Shown piece after piece: positions 47,804 through 57,220 of a stretch of DNA of 64,000 bases. Source of the stretch: Dehalococcoidia bacterium (lineage in GTDB: Bacteria; Chloroflexota; Dehalococcoidia; DSTF01; JACRBR01); assembly GCA_041494685.1 (NCBI GenBank), contig JBGQBE010000004.1:62001-126000 (forward strand). Direction: 5' to 3'. Position 1 is the stretch's first letter; the number at the start of each line of letters is the position of its first letter. The notes below the pieces were generated by a model. The model was not told the DNA's origin. It did no database searches and saw only the letters and a program-made list of their open reading frames with translations. The translations under genes and the position numbers were made by a program.

Positions 47804-48572
47804 GGCCCGACCCACCGTCATCAAGCTCGGCGGCTCTACGCTCGGGGCGCGCGACACGTCGTTGCGCGACATCGCCGACGCGCGCCGCGCCGGCCACGAG
47901 ATCGTGGTCGTCCACGGAGGCGGCGCGGCGATCAGCGCGTGGCTGAAGCGCACCGGCGTGGCGGCGCGGTTCGAGCGCGGCCTGCGCGTGACCGACGCGG
48001 CGACGCTGGAGGTGGTGGTGGCGGTGCTGGCCGGCGTGGTGAACAAGCAACTCGTCGCGGAGCTGGGGGCGCTGGGCGCGCCGGCGATCGGCCTGAGCGG
48101 CGCGGACAGCATGATCCTGCAGGCGCGGCGCTACGACGAGGCGCTGGGCTTCGTCGGCCGCATCGCGCGCGTGAACCCGTTCCCGGTGGAGGAGTTGCTG
48201 CGGCTGGGCTACCTGCCGGTGATCGCGCCGATCGCGGTCGAGGCGGACGCGGCTGCGCCGCAGCTGCTGAACACGAACGCGGACACGGCGGCGGGCGAGC
48301 TGGCGGCGGCCCTCCACGCGGAGCGCCTGGTGTTCCTGACCGACGTGGAGGGCGTGCTGAACGCGGAACGGCGGCTGGTGCCGCAGCTCAACGCGGCGCA
48401 GGCGGCGGCGATGATCGAGAGCGGCGTCGCGGCCGGCGGCATGATCCCGAAGCTGGAGGCGGCGACGCGCGCCGCGAGCGCGGGCTGCACTACGCGGATC
48501 GTGGACGGCACGCAGGCGGGCGCACTGTCGCGCGTGCTGGCGGGCGAAGCCGGCGGCACGACGGTGGCGTAG
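47787..48572 (+). CDS. argB: Acetylglutamate kinase
   Basis: VIKLGGS, VHGGG, GLRVTD, NTNADTAA, LTDVEG, GGMIPK. Confidence 0.95.
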   Translation: MTTPPEARPTVIKLGGSTLGARDTSLRDIADARRAGHEIVVVHGGGAAISAWLKRTGVAARFERGLRVTDAATLEVVVAVLAGVVNKQLVAELGALGAPAIGLSGADSMILQARRYDEALGFVGRIARVNPFPVEELLRLGYLPVIAPIAVEADAAAPQLLNTNADTAAGELAAALHAERLVFLTDVEGVLNAERRLVPQLNAAQAAAMIESGVAAGGMIPKLEAATRAASAGCTTRIVDGTQAGALSRVLAGEAGGTTVA

Positions 48573-49040
48573 CTACGCGAGCGGAAGCACCGGGAAGTAC
48601 GTCTTGTAATAGCCCAGATCTCTCGTGAGCAGGCGATCGGCGTGCGCCTGTGCATGGGGCCCCGACCAAGAAATCGGCGAGCACTCGTTGGCGCGAACTG
48701 ATCGTCGAGCGGCAATTCGAGCATGCTACGACGTGCGCCGTTCCGCACTGTGCGCAGGTCAGACCTGACGCCCGCCGTGTGGTGTAGTTCCGCCACATCT
48801 CTCCAGCGGCAAACAGTGCCTCTCGGCTCGACGGCTGGAGACGGACGTTCGCGTCATTCAGGAACTGATCCAGCGCGGTTCGCTCGGCGAACCTCACTGC
48901 AAGCTCAGCGTAGACTGCTCACTGAGAAGCAGAGCGCCCTGACCCATCGAATCAAGCAGCCGCGCGCGAGATTCCTGCTGGTGTGGCGCGTCCGGGATGA
49001 GCAGATCGAGTAAGACGTTCGAGTCGACCGCAGTGATCAA
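48573..49040 (-). pseudogene. vapC: VapC (PIN) toxin with two frameshifts
   Basis: TTG 49040 ITAVDSNVLLDLL...; 1-nt loss near 48920 (restores SEAVYAEL) and 1-nt gain near 48660 (restores ADFLVGAHA...[14 protein letters not shown]). Confidence 0.8.
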
Positions 49041-49297
49041 TGTCCGCGCATCTCGCGGACCAGGGCATCGGGATCCTGTCCCTTGTACTCGTCAAGGAAA
49101 CCGATCCATTTGTCCAGGGGAGACGCCTTGGGGCATCTCATTATCCGTACCGTTCCCTGTTCGTCCATGGCGAAGTCGATGCTGTCGCCCGGTCGCAGCC
49201 CGAGGCGGTCGCGGATCGGCTTGGGAATGGTGACCTGGCCCTTCGTGGTCAGCGTCGAGCGGCTCGACCCGTGCCGCACCTTCGCGGAGTTCGTCAT
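49037..49297 (-). CDS. AbrB/MazE/SpoVT-family antitoxin
   Basis: STLTTKGQVTIPKPIRDRLGLRPGD; 4-nt overlap with the PIN gene. Confidence 0.88.
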   Translation of the reverse strand: MTNSAKVRHGSSRSTLTTKGQVTIPKPIRDRLGLRPGDSIDFAMDEQGTVRIMRCPKASPLDKWIGFLDEYKGQDPDALVREMRGH

Positions 49298-49460
49298 GAG
49301 GCCTCCCCGGTAAGAATGCCAGTTCTCACCGCAAGCGTAAGGCATTCCGGCCGCCGACGCGCAAACGCAAACAGCGCCTCTCGGCAGTCAGGAACTCGTG
49401 ACCCCTGAGACGCCCCAGACGCGGAACTCGGCCAGCTAAGCGCGCCCTGCCGGGAGGCCG

Positions 49461-50552
49461 TTACGCGCCCATGGTCTCGCGCAGGTTGCGCACGAGCACG
49501 AAGGGGTCGCTGGAGACGACGCTGGCGGCGTACAGCTCCATCGCGCCGAAGTCGGCGGTGCGGCTCGACGGGTCGCCGCGGTCGACGATGCGGACGACGA
49601 CGGGGAAGCCTTCCCAGCTCTCCGGCGTCTCAGACCAGGGCGGCGTGTAGATCACGAGGTTGAAGCTGGTGATGCCGAGCCGGTCACGGAAACATTCCAG
49701 CGCCTCGTAGATGCGGTCCTTCAGCGAGCTGGAGACGAACGGGGCGAGGAGGATGACCTCGTTCTCTTTCTTGGGCGCCAGGTTCGCGATGACGCGCGTG
49801 CCCTCCTTGTCGAAGGCGCAGCCCAGCGATTCGTGCGCGAGGAAGAGGTCGCTGAAGTAGTTGGCGCGGTTGTGGGCCTGGTAGACGGCGGCGCGCTGGC
49901 GAAGATCCTCGACGGCGGCGTAGTGCATGCCGGAGCCCATGATCACCTGCGCGTGCCCGTGCAGCAGCGAAGCGCCGGAGCGCCACAGGCAGTTCCAGAG
50001 GAACATGTAGTACTTGGCCTCCGGGTCGGAGGCGTGCGCCAGGTCGCCCCAGCGGCCGCCGGTGTCGACGTAGTCGTGCAGCATCTCGCGCGTGAAGCGC
50101 AGCGGGTGCTTCTCGTTGAACACGACGACGCCGTGGAAGCCATCGAATTTGGCGATGTTGCTGGCGGTCACGCAGTACTTGCCGCGCACGCGGCCGAAGA
50201 GGTCCTCCGGCATGCCGTTGTACGGGTCGGACAGTGGATCGGCCGGCCCGTCGTTCAGCTCCTTGTCAAGGTCGATCTCGTGGTGCCACATAGGACGGCT
50301 GGAGCGGAGCCAGTTGAAGAGCACGCCTTCGAGCGTCACGATGTTCGTGACCTTGACGATCTTCTGCTCGCGCGTGGCCTCGACGCTGCCGAACTGCTTC
50401 TCGATCCAGGGCAGCATGGAGTCCGGCGGGACGAGGCTGCCGTAGGTGCTGCTGACGGCGAAGATGCGCTCGAAGCGCGCCAACTCGGCGTGGCCGAGCG
50501 TCGCGACGGCATCTTCTATCTGCATGATGCTGAGGTCTTGCTGAATCGCCAT
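49461..50552 (-). CDS. GalT/HIT-like hypothetical protein
   Basis: WNCLWRSGASLLHGHAQ resembles the GalT-type GASxxHxHxQ motif. Confidence 0.6.
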   Translation of the reverse strand: MAIQQDLSIMQIEDAVATLGHAELARFERIFAVSSTYGSLVPPDSMLPWIEKQFGSVEATREQKIVKVTNIVTLEGVLFNWLRSSRPMWHHEIDLDKELNDGPADPLSDPYNGMPEDLFGRVRGKYCVTASNIAKFDGFHGVVVFNEKHPLRFTREMLHDYVDTGGRWGDLAHASDPEAKYYMFLWNCLWRSGASLLHGHAQVIMGSGMHYAAVEDLRQRAAVYQAHNRANYFSDLFLAHESLGCAFDKEGTRVIANLAPKKENEVILLAPFVSSSLKDRIYEALECFRDRLGITSFNLVIYTPPWSETPESWEGFPVVVRIVDRGDPSSRTADFGAMELYAASVVSSDPFVLVRNLRETMGA

Positions 50553-50585
50553 CGGTTCCTTGCTCCGTCGCCTCCTTGCGATGAT

Positions 50586-52151
50586 CTAGTGCTTGAAATG
50601 CCTGACGCCGGTAGCCACCATCGCCATGCCGTGGGCGTCGCACACCGCGATCGAGTCGTCGTCGCGGATCGAGCCGCCGGTCTGGACGATCGCCGTGACG
50701 CCGGCGGCGGCGCACGTCTCGACGGTGTCCGGGAACGGGATCAGCGCGTCGGAGGCGGAGACCGAGCCGGCCGCCCTGTCGCCGGCCGATTCGACGGCGA
50801 GGCGGGCGCTCGTCACGCGGTTCGGCTGCCCGGTGCCCATACCCACCATCACACGATCCCGTACCAGGACCACGGCGTTCGACTTGACGTGCTTCACGCA
50901 CTTCCAGGCGAACGCCAGGTCCGCCAACTCAGTATCGGTAGGCTGACGGCGGGACAGCACACGCATTTCGGGCGGATCGCTCTCGATCCGGTCGTAGTCC
51001 TGCATCAGCATTCCCCCTACGACGCCCCGGTATTCCAGGGTGCGGGCACCCATATTCACGGGCGGAGCCTCGAGGATGCGGACATCCTTCGACCTGGAGA
51101 GCCGCGCGAGGGCCTCCGGGGTGAACGACGGGGCGATGATGATCTCGACGAAGAGGCGCTGGCCGCTGGTCGGGTGCTTCGTGCCGCGGATGGCGGCGGC
51201 GAGCGCGTCGTCGACCGGGCGGTTGATGGCGATGATGCCGCCGAAGGCGGAGATCGGGTCGGCCTCGAAGGCGAGCCGGAAGGCTTCGGGGAGGTCGTCG
51301 CGCGAGGCGATGCCGCAGGGCGTCATGTGCTTGACGATGACGACCGTCGGCTCGGCGAAGTCGCAGGCGGCGCACCAGGCGGCGTCGGCGTCCAGGACGT
51401 TGACGTAGGAGAGCGCCTTGCCGTTGAGCTGGCGGGCGTTGACGACGCCCTCGGGCGTGCGGATGTTGGGGTCGACCATTCGATAGAGGGCGGCCCGCTG
51501 GTGCGGGTTCTCGCCGTAGCGCAGGTCCTCCAGCTTGGTGAAGGCGAGCGTGATGTCGCGCGGGAACGGATCGTCCGCGCCGCGCAGGTACGACGCGATC
51601 GCGGTGTCGTAGGTGGCGACGTGCTGGAACGTCTTGATGGCGAGCTTGCGGCGCCACTCCATGGGCGTCGAGTTGCTGCGCAGCGCTTCCAGCACGTCGG
51701 CGTAGTCGGCGGGATCGACGACGGGCAGCACGTGCGGGAAGTTCTTCGCGGCCGCGCGCAGCATCGTCGGGCCGCCGATGTCGATGTTCTCGAGCGCGTC
51801 CTGCAGCGTGACGCCGGGCTTCGCGACGGTCTCCTGGAACGGGTACAGGCCGCCGACGACCATGTCGATGGCGGCGAGGCCGTGCTTCTCCAGCTCGGCC
51901 ATGTGCTCCGGCTTGTCGCGGCGGGCGAGGATGCCGCCGTGGACGCCGGGGTGCAGCGTCTTGACGCGGCCGTCGAGGATCTCCGGGAAGCCGGTGAGGT
52001 CGCTGACCGGGCGGATGGCGACGCCGGCCTCGCTGACGATGCGGAAGGTGTTGCCGGTGGCGTACAGCTCGATGCCGATGGCCTGCAGGCCGCGGGCGAA
52101 CTCGACGAGGCCGGTCTTGTCGTAGGGGGCAAGTATCGCGCGAAGTGGCAT
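50586..52151 (-). CDS. purH: Bifunctional AICAR transformylase/IMP cyclohydrolase
   Basis: GRVKTLHP, IDIGGPTM, LRYGENPHQ, HVKSNA, GVRHFKH. Confidence 0.96.
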   Translation of the reverse strand: MPLRAILAPYDKTGLVEFARGLQAIGIELYATGNTFRIVSEAGVAIRPVSDLTGFPEILDGRVKTLHPGVHGGILARRDKPEHMAELEKHGLAAIDMVVGGLYPFQETVAKPGVTLQDALENIDIGGPTMLRAAAKNFPHVLPVVDPADYADVLEALRSNSTPMEWRRKLAIKTFQHVATYDTAIASYLRGADDPFPRDITLAFTKLEDLRYGENPHQRAALYRMVDPNIRTPEGVVNARQLNGKALSYVNVLDADAAWCAACDFAEPTVVIVKHMTPCGIASRDDLPEAFRLAFEADPISAFGGIIAINRPVDDALAAAIRGTKHPTSGQRLFVEIIIAPSFTPEALARLSRSKDVRILEAPPVNMGARTLEYRGVVGGMLMQDYDRIESDPPEMRVLSRRQPTDTELADLAFAWKCVKHVKSNAVVLVRDRVMVGMGTGQPNRVTSARLAVESAGDRAAGSVSASDALIPFPDTVETCAAAGVTAIVQTGGSIRDDDSIAVCDAHGMAMVATGVRHFKH

Positions 52152-52154
52152 ACG

Positions 52155-53237
52155 CTAGTTGATGATCACCCTTCGCTCGTCGCTCTGACGGACGATACGG
52201 CCTACCGGCTTCGCGGCGCGCAGCTGGCCGCCGATCGATGCGGCGTCTTCGGGCGCCACGGCGAGCACCATGCCGAGGCCGACGTTGAACGCGTGGTACA
52301 TCTCTTCGTCGCTCAGGCCGCCGCGCTCCTGGATCAGCGAGAACAGGGCGGGCATCCGCCAGGCGTCGCGGTCGAAGTGGGCGGCGAGGCCGTCCGGCAG
52401 GATGCGGGGCACGTTATCGATGAGGCCGCCGCCCGTGATGTGCGCCATGCCGTGCAGGCGCGTCAGCACGGGCTTCAGGTCGTGGTAGTAGGAGCGGTGG
52501 ACGGCGAGCAGGGCGTCGCCGAGCGAGCCTTCCAGCCCCGGATAGCCGGCGTTCAGGATCGCGGCGTCCGCGGCCGGATCGCCGCCGACGCCGATGTTGA
52601 AGATCTTCCGGACGAGCGTGTAGCCGTTGGTGTGCAGCCCGGACGACGGCAGCGCGAGCAGCACGTCGCCCTCGGCGATCTTCGAGCCGTCGATGACGTG
52701 CTCGCGCTCGACGATGCCGACGATGAAGCCGACGAGGTCGAAGTCGCCCGGAGCGTACACGTCCGGCATGTCCGCGGTCTCGCCGCCGATGAGGGCGCAG
52801 CCGTGGGCCGCGCAGGCGCGCGCCATGCCGCCGATCACTTCGAGCTTGCGGTCATCGGAGAGGTCGGACGTGCCGATGTAGTCGAGGAAGAAGAGCGGGT
52901 GCGCGCCCGATGTGAGGGCGTCGTTCACGCAGTGGTTCACGAGATCCTGGCCGACGGTGTCGAAGCGGCCCATGAGTTGGGCGATGCGCAGCTTGGTGCC
53001 GACGCCGTCGGTGCTGGAGACCAGCACGGGCTCACGGTAATCGCCGAGTTTGAACAGCGCGCCGAAGGGGCCGACGCCGGCCATGACCTCGGGGCGCGTG
53101 GCGATGCCGGCCACCTGCTTGATGCGCTTCACGAGGTCGCTGCGCGCCGAGAGATCGACGCCCGCGCGCGCGTAGGCGTCGTCGCCCGTGGCGTTGGCGT
53201 CGGAACCGGGGCTGGAGAGGTAGGAGGGCACGCTCAC
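52155..53237 (-). CDS. purM: Phosphoribosylformylglycinamidine cyclo-ligase
   Basis: YARAGVD, TDGVGTK, GGETA, SSGLHTNG, HITGGG. Confidence 0.96.
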   Translation of the reverse strand: MSVPSYLSSPGSDANATGDDAYARAGVDLSARSDLVKRIKQVAGIATRPEVMAGVGPFGALFKLGDYREPVLVSSTDGVGTKLRIAQLMGRFDTVGQDLVNHCVNDALTSGAHPLFFLDYIGTSDLSDDRKLEVIGGMARACAAHGCALIGGETADMPDVYAPGDFDLVGFIVGIVEREHVIDGSKIAEGDVLLALPSSGLHTNGYTLVRKIFNIGVGGDPAADAAILNAGYPGLEGSLGDALLAVHRSYYHDLKPVLTRLHGMAHITGGGLIDNVPRILPDGLAAHFDRDAWRMPALFSLIQERGGLSDEEMYHAFNVGLGMVLAVAPEDAASIGGQLRAAKPVGRIVRQSDERRVIIN

Positions 53238-53239
53238 AG

Positions 53240-54694
53240 CTATACGCGCCGCAGCGGGAGTGTGTACTCCGACTCGTGGCGGTCCAGCGCGCCCGCGTTG
53301 GGCTCCATCGCGAGCTTGTCCATCTGGAGCGGCACGGGGCTGGGGTATTCGCCGGTAAAGCAGGCCATACAGAGCTTGTCGCGCGCGGTGGCGACGGCGT
53401 TGACGAGGCCTTCGCGGCTGAGGTAGCCCAGGGAGTCCGCGCCGATGTGCTCGCGGATCTCATCAACCTTCTTCTGCGCGGCGATGAGCTCCCAGCGCGT
53501 GCCCATATCGATACCGTAGAAGCACGGATGCGTGATCGGCGGCGCGGTGATGCGCATGTGCACCTCGCGGGCGCCGGCTTTGCGCAGCATCTGGATCACG
53601 CGCGGCGTCGTGGTGCCGCGCACGATGCTGTCGTCGACCAGCACGACACGGCGATCCTGCAGCATCTCGCGCATGGGGTTGAATTTCAGGTGGACGCCGA
53701 CTTCACGGAGGCGCTGGTCGGGCTTGATGAACGTGCGACCGACGTAGCGGTTCCTCACGAGGCCCTCGACAAACGGGATGCCCGACGCCTGCGAGTAGCC
53801 GATGGCGGCGGCCGTGGCGCCGTCGGGCACGCCGATGACGATGTCGGCGTCGGGCGTTGGGTGCTCCTTCGCGAGCTCGCGGCCCAGGTTGAGGCGCAGG
53901 GGGTAGACGAGCTTGCCGCCGAGCACGGTGTCGGGCCGGGCGAAGTAGATGTACTCGAACACGCAGAAGGCGTGGCCCTGATCCTCGATCGGCTTGAAGC
54001 TCTGCAGGCCCTCGGCGTCGATGTAGACGACCTCGCCGGGCTCGATCTCCCGGATGAAGGTCGCGCCGAGGTGGTCGAAGGCGCAGCTCTCGGACGCGGC
54101 GACCCAGCCACCGTCCAGCTTGCCGAGGCAGAGCGGGCGGTTGCCCATGGGGTCGCGCGCCATCATGATCGCGTCCGGGGTGATGACGGCGAGCGAGTAG
54201 GCGCCGTTGAGCTTGCGCATGACGTGCGCCCAGCGCTCTTTCCAGTCGGCGCCGGGCGCGTGCGCCAGCATCTGGGCGATGACTTCGGAGTCGCTGCCGG
54301 TGGCGAACGTGACGCCCTCGCGCATAAGGTCTTCGCGCAGGACGGCGGCGTTGACGATGTTGCCGTTGTGACCGAGGGCGAGCTCGCCGTTGGGGCCGCT
54401 GACGCGGAACGGCTGGGCGTTATCGAGGCGGCTGGCGCCGGTGGTGGAGTAGCGGGTGTGGCCGATGGCGAACTTGCCGGGAAGGTAGCTCAGGTCGTCT
54501 TCGTCGAACACCTGGGAGACGAGGCCCATGCCGGTCTTGAGATGGAGGGTGCGCGAGTCGGAGGTGGCGATTCCGGCGCTCTCCTGCCCGCGATGCTGCA
54601 GGGCATAGAGGCCAAAGAACGTGATCCTTGCTACGTCTTCCCCCGGTGCATAGACACCGAAGACGCCGCAGGCCTCGCGTAGCGTTGGGAGCAC
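53240..54694 (-). CDS. purF: Amidophosphoribosyltransferase
   Basis: AGGAGG then GTG 54694, MLPTLREA-CGVFG, LQHRGQES, HTRYST, DDSIVRGTT. Confidence 0.95.
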   Translation of the reverse strand: MLPTLREACGVFGVYAPGEDVARITFFGLYALQHRGQESAGIATSDSRTLHLKTGMGLVSQVFDEDDLSYLPGKFAIGHTRYSTTGASRLDNAQPFRVSGPNGELALGHNGNIVNAAVLREDLMREGVTFATGSDSEVIAQMLAHAPGADWKERWAHVMRKLNGAYSLAVITPDAIMMARDPMGNRPLCLGKLDGGWVAASESCAFDHLGATFIREIEPGEVVYIDAEGLQSFKPIEDQGHAFCVFEYIYFARPDTVLGGKLVYPLRLNLGRELAKEHPTPDADIVIGVPDGATAAAIGYSQASGIPFVEGLVRNRYVGRTFIKPDQRLREVGVHLKFNPMREMLQDRRVVLVDDSIVRGTTTPRVIQMLRKAGAREVHMRITAPPITHPCFYGIDMGTRWELIAAQKKVDEIREHIGADSLGYLSREGLVNAVATARDKLCMACFTGEYPSPVPLQMDKLAMEPNAGALDRHESEYTLPLRRV

Positions 54695-54940
54695 GCATAC
54701 CTCCTGCCCGCAAGGACAGTGCTCCGCAGAAGGCGTCCCCTGGACGGAGGAAACGGGTGGGTTTGAAGCGACGCCCACGCCCAGCCCTTCTGGAGCCTCA
54801 TCTTAGCAGTGAGCGCACCGCGCCGCAACGAGAGCGCATCCCAGACACCTCTCAGACGCGCGACTCGACGGGCGCGAGCAGCCACGGCGATGCGCCTCGC
54901 GAAGCTGGTGGCTACAATCCGGCATGTTCACCAGCGCGGA

Positions 54941-54974
54941 CCTAACCCCTTACCCTGCCCGGCGCGGGAAGGGC
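54941..54974. repeat. Degenerate REP-like palindrome
   Basis: CCTAACCCCTTACCCTGCCCGGCGCGGGAAGGGC. Confidence 0.45.
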
Positions 54975-55045
54975 GATCGCGTGTGCAAGGCGGTGGGGGG
55001 ATCTCGCCTGCCTCACACGAATTCGCTGCTCCGGGCGGCGCGCGC

Positions 55046-56302
55046 ATGAAGGTCCTCTTCCTGCTGCACCAGGGGAACATGTACTCCGGCGGGCAGGGCG
55101 TCTACACGGCGCAGGTCACGCGCGAGCTTGCGCGCCTGGGGCACGACGTCCACCTGATCGTCGGGCCGCCCTGGCCGGACACCGACCCCGCGGTCACCGT
55201 GCACAGGGTGCCGTCGTACAGCATCTACCGGCTGCTGGAGACGCAGCGGATGTTCTTCTACGGCCGCCCGGTGCGCGACCTGCTGCACCCGCTCAACGTC
55301 TACGAGATGGCGACCAGCCGCGCCGGGCAGTTCTCGGTGATGTCTGCGTTCAGCTGGCGCGCGTACGGCGCGTGGCGCGAACTACAGCGGGAGCACCGCT
55401 TCGACATCGTCCACGACGTGCAGTCGTTGGGCTACGGTTCGTGGCTCATGCACGCGTCGGGGATGCCGATGGTGGCGAACATCCACCACCCGCTCTCGAT
55501 CGACCGGCTGAACCAGGTGCAGCAGGCGCGAGGGGTGCGGATGAAGATCCGCAAGGTGATGTTCTACCCGTTCTTCATGCAGGAGGTGGTGGCGCGGCGG
55601 ATGGACCGCATCATCACGGGCTCGCACAACTCGCGCGCGTCGGTGCAGCGGGCGTTCGCCCTGCGCGACGACCAGATCACGACGATTCACGACGGCGTCG
55701 ATACGGAGGTGTTCCGGCCGATGGAGCTGCCGCGGCGGCCGAACAGCCTGCTCTACGTGGGCAACTCGGACGACCGCAACAAGGGGGCGCGCTACCTGCT
55801 GGAGGCGGCGAAGATCCTGTCGGACCGCAGTATCGACTTCCACCTGACGTTCAAGGACCGGCTCGACGCGGAGATGGCGCCGCGGATGATCCGGGAGCTG
55901 GGCATCGAGGAGCGCGTGACGTTCCTGGGCCGCCTGCCCATCGAGGAGCTGGCGCGACTGTACAACCAGGCGGAGGTCTTCGTCTCGCCGTCGCTGTACG
56001 AGGGCTTCGGGCTACCGGCGGCCGAGGCGATGGCGTGCGGGACGCCCGTCATCGCGACGACAGCCGGAGCGTTCCCGGAGGTGATCGCGGCGGACGAGAC
56101 GGGCGTCCTCGTGCCGCCGGCAGACGCACGCGCGCTCGCGGACGCGATCCAGGCGATGCTCTCGGACCCGCGCCGGCGGCGAGAGATGGGATCGGCGGGC
56201 GTGCGCCGCATCGAGCAACAGTTCTCGTGGCGCGTCTGCGCCGAGCGCACGGCGGCGCTGTACGAGGAGGTGCTGGCAAAGCGCGCGGCCGCGCGCCGTT
56301 AG
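55046..56302 (+). CDS. Glycosyltransferase family 4
   Basis: GGQGVY, PSLYEGFGLPAAEAMACGTPVI. Confidence 0.93.
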   Translation: MKVLFLLHQGNMYSGGQGVYTAQVTRELARLGHDVHLIVGPPWPDTDPAVTVHRVPSYSIYRLLETQRMFFYGRPVRDLLHPLNVYEMATSRAGQFSVMSAFSWRAYGAWRELQREHRFDIVHDVQSLGYGSWLMHASGMPMVANIHHPLSIDRLNQVQQARGVRMKIRKVMFYPFFMQEVVARRMDRIITGSHNSRASVQRAFALRDDQITTIHDGVDTEVFRPMELPRRPNSLLYVGNSDDRNKGARYLLEAAKILSDRSIDFHLTFKDRLDAEMAPRMIRELGIEERVTFLGRLPIEELARLYNQAEVFVSPSLYEGFGLPAAEAMACGTPVIATTAGAFPEVIAADETGVLVPPADARALADAIQAMLSDPRRRREMGSAGVRRIEQQFSWRVCAERTAALYEEVLAKRAAARR

Positions 56303-56330
56303 ACTCAGATCCGGGAGCGACAGTACGCAC

Positions 56331-56356
56331 AAGAGCGGGCCACGCGGCCCGCTCTC
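56331..56356. terminator. Hairpin between convergent genes
   Basis: GAGCGGGCC-acgc-GGCCCGCTC. Confidence 0.55.
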
Positions 56357-56381
56357 GCTGTCTCTGACGTCAACGCTCGTG

Positions 56382-56591
56382 CTAATCGTCCGCCGGCGGC
56401 TCGATCGGTGTCGTGATCAACGCGCGGCCGATCCAGAACGCGATATAGAGCCCGCCGAGGAAGCCGGCGGTGACGGGCAGCGCGAGCGCCATGTAGGACT
56501 TGCGAAGGACTCCGACCAGGAACGCGATGCCGGTGAACACGCTGATCGCGCAGATGATCATGCCGGCGGTATGCGAGCGCTCTGCTCCCAT
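56382..56591 (-). CDS. Small 2-TM membrane protein
   Basis: AAGGAG RBS; MGAERSHTAGMIICAIS...SYMALALPV...FWIG. Confidence 0.65.
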   Translation of the reverse strand: MGAERSHTAGMIICAISVFTGIAFLVGVLRKSYMALALPVTAGFLGGLYIAFWIGRALITTPIEPPADD

Positions 56592-56671
56592 GACGGAACT
56601 CCTTGATGCGGGGTGATACTTCGCGGTCGTTATATCAGCGAGGGTGAGGGCGTGCAAGCTGGAGGCGGCTG

Positions 56672-57220
56672 TTACGAGGGCTCGCGCGCATCCTGCCAGG
56701 CAGCCATGTACTCCATGACGACGAAGGCGTTGCCGCCGCGGCGGGAGCGGCCGCAGACACGGAATCCCGCCTTCTCGAAAGAGCGCTGGGCGCGGGCGTT
56801 CCAGTCCAGCGTCTTGAGGTAGACGCGGCGGAAGCCCGTGACGCGCAGGACGTGGCGCACGAGCGTCCTGACGGCGTCGGTGCCGTAGCCGCGTCCCCAG
56901 TAGTCGCGGTCGCCGACCGTGATACCGATCTCGGCCTCGCGGCGGATGGCGTCGACGTTGTAGTACATCGTGTTGCCGATGTGGCGGCCCTCGGCGTCCT
57001 CGATGGCGAAGCTGCGGCGATAGGGGCTGGGGTAGAGCAATTCGTCGCGGTAGAGCGCCAGGTAGTCGTTGTAGCTGGCCGCGAAGGGGCGAGCGGCGTC
57101 GTATCGGGCGAGTTCGGCGTCGCTACGCCAGCCGAAGTCGTTCGGGGCGTCGCCCACCCGCTTCTCGCGAAGCACGACCAGATCGCCGCGCGCCACCTCG
57201 CCCTCGACCGTCGTCGTCAC
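56672..57220 (-). CDS. GNAT (RimJ/RimL-like) acetyltransferase
   Basis: EIGITVGDRDYWGRGYGTDA, WNARAQRSFEKAGF; GTGA overlap with the upstream gene. Confidence 0.88.
   Translation of the reverse strand: MTTTVEGEVARGDLVVLREKRVGDAPNDFGWRSDAELARYDAARPFAASYNDYLALYRDELLYPSPYRRSFAIEDAEGRHIGNTMYYNVDAIRREAEIGITVGDRDYWGRGYGTDAVRTLVRHVLRVTGFRRVYLKTLDWNARAQRSFEKAGFRVCGRSRRGGNAFVVMEYMAAWQDAREPS

Noticed and set aside
49833..53426. 1197-aa plus-strand ORF and similar long antisense ORFs (e.g. 2506-4632, 9157-10947, 10818-13025, 21053-23323, 28405-30372)
   Set aside because: Shadow frames opposite well-supported genes; expected in high-GC DNA and without recognisable motifs.
56629..56657. sigma28 promoter (GCTGATAT) before the small membrane gene
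   Set aside because: Better explained as TTGCAC-N17-TATAAC, a primary-sigma promoter.
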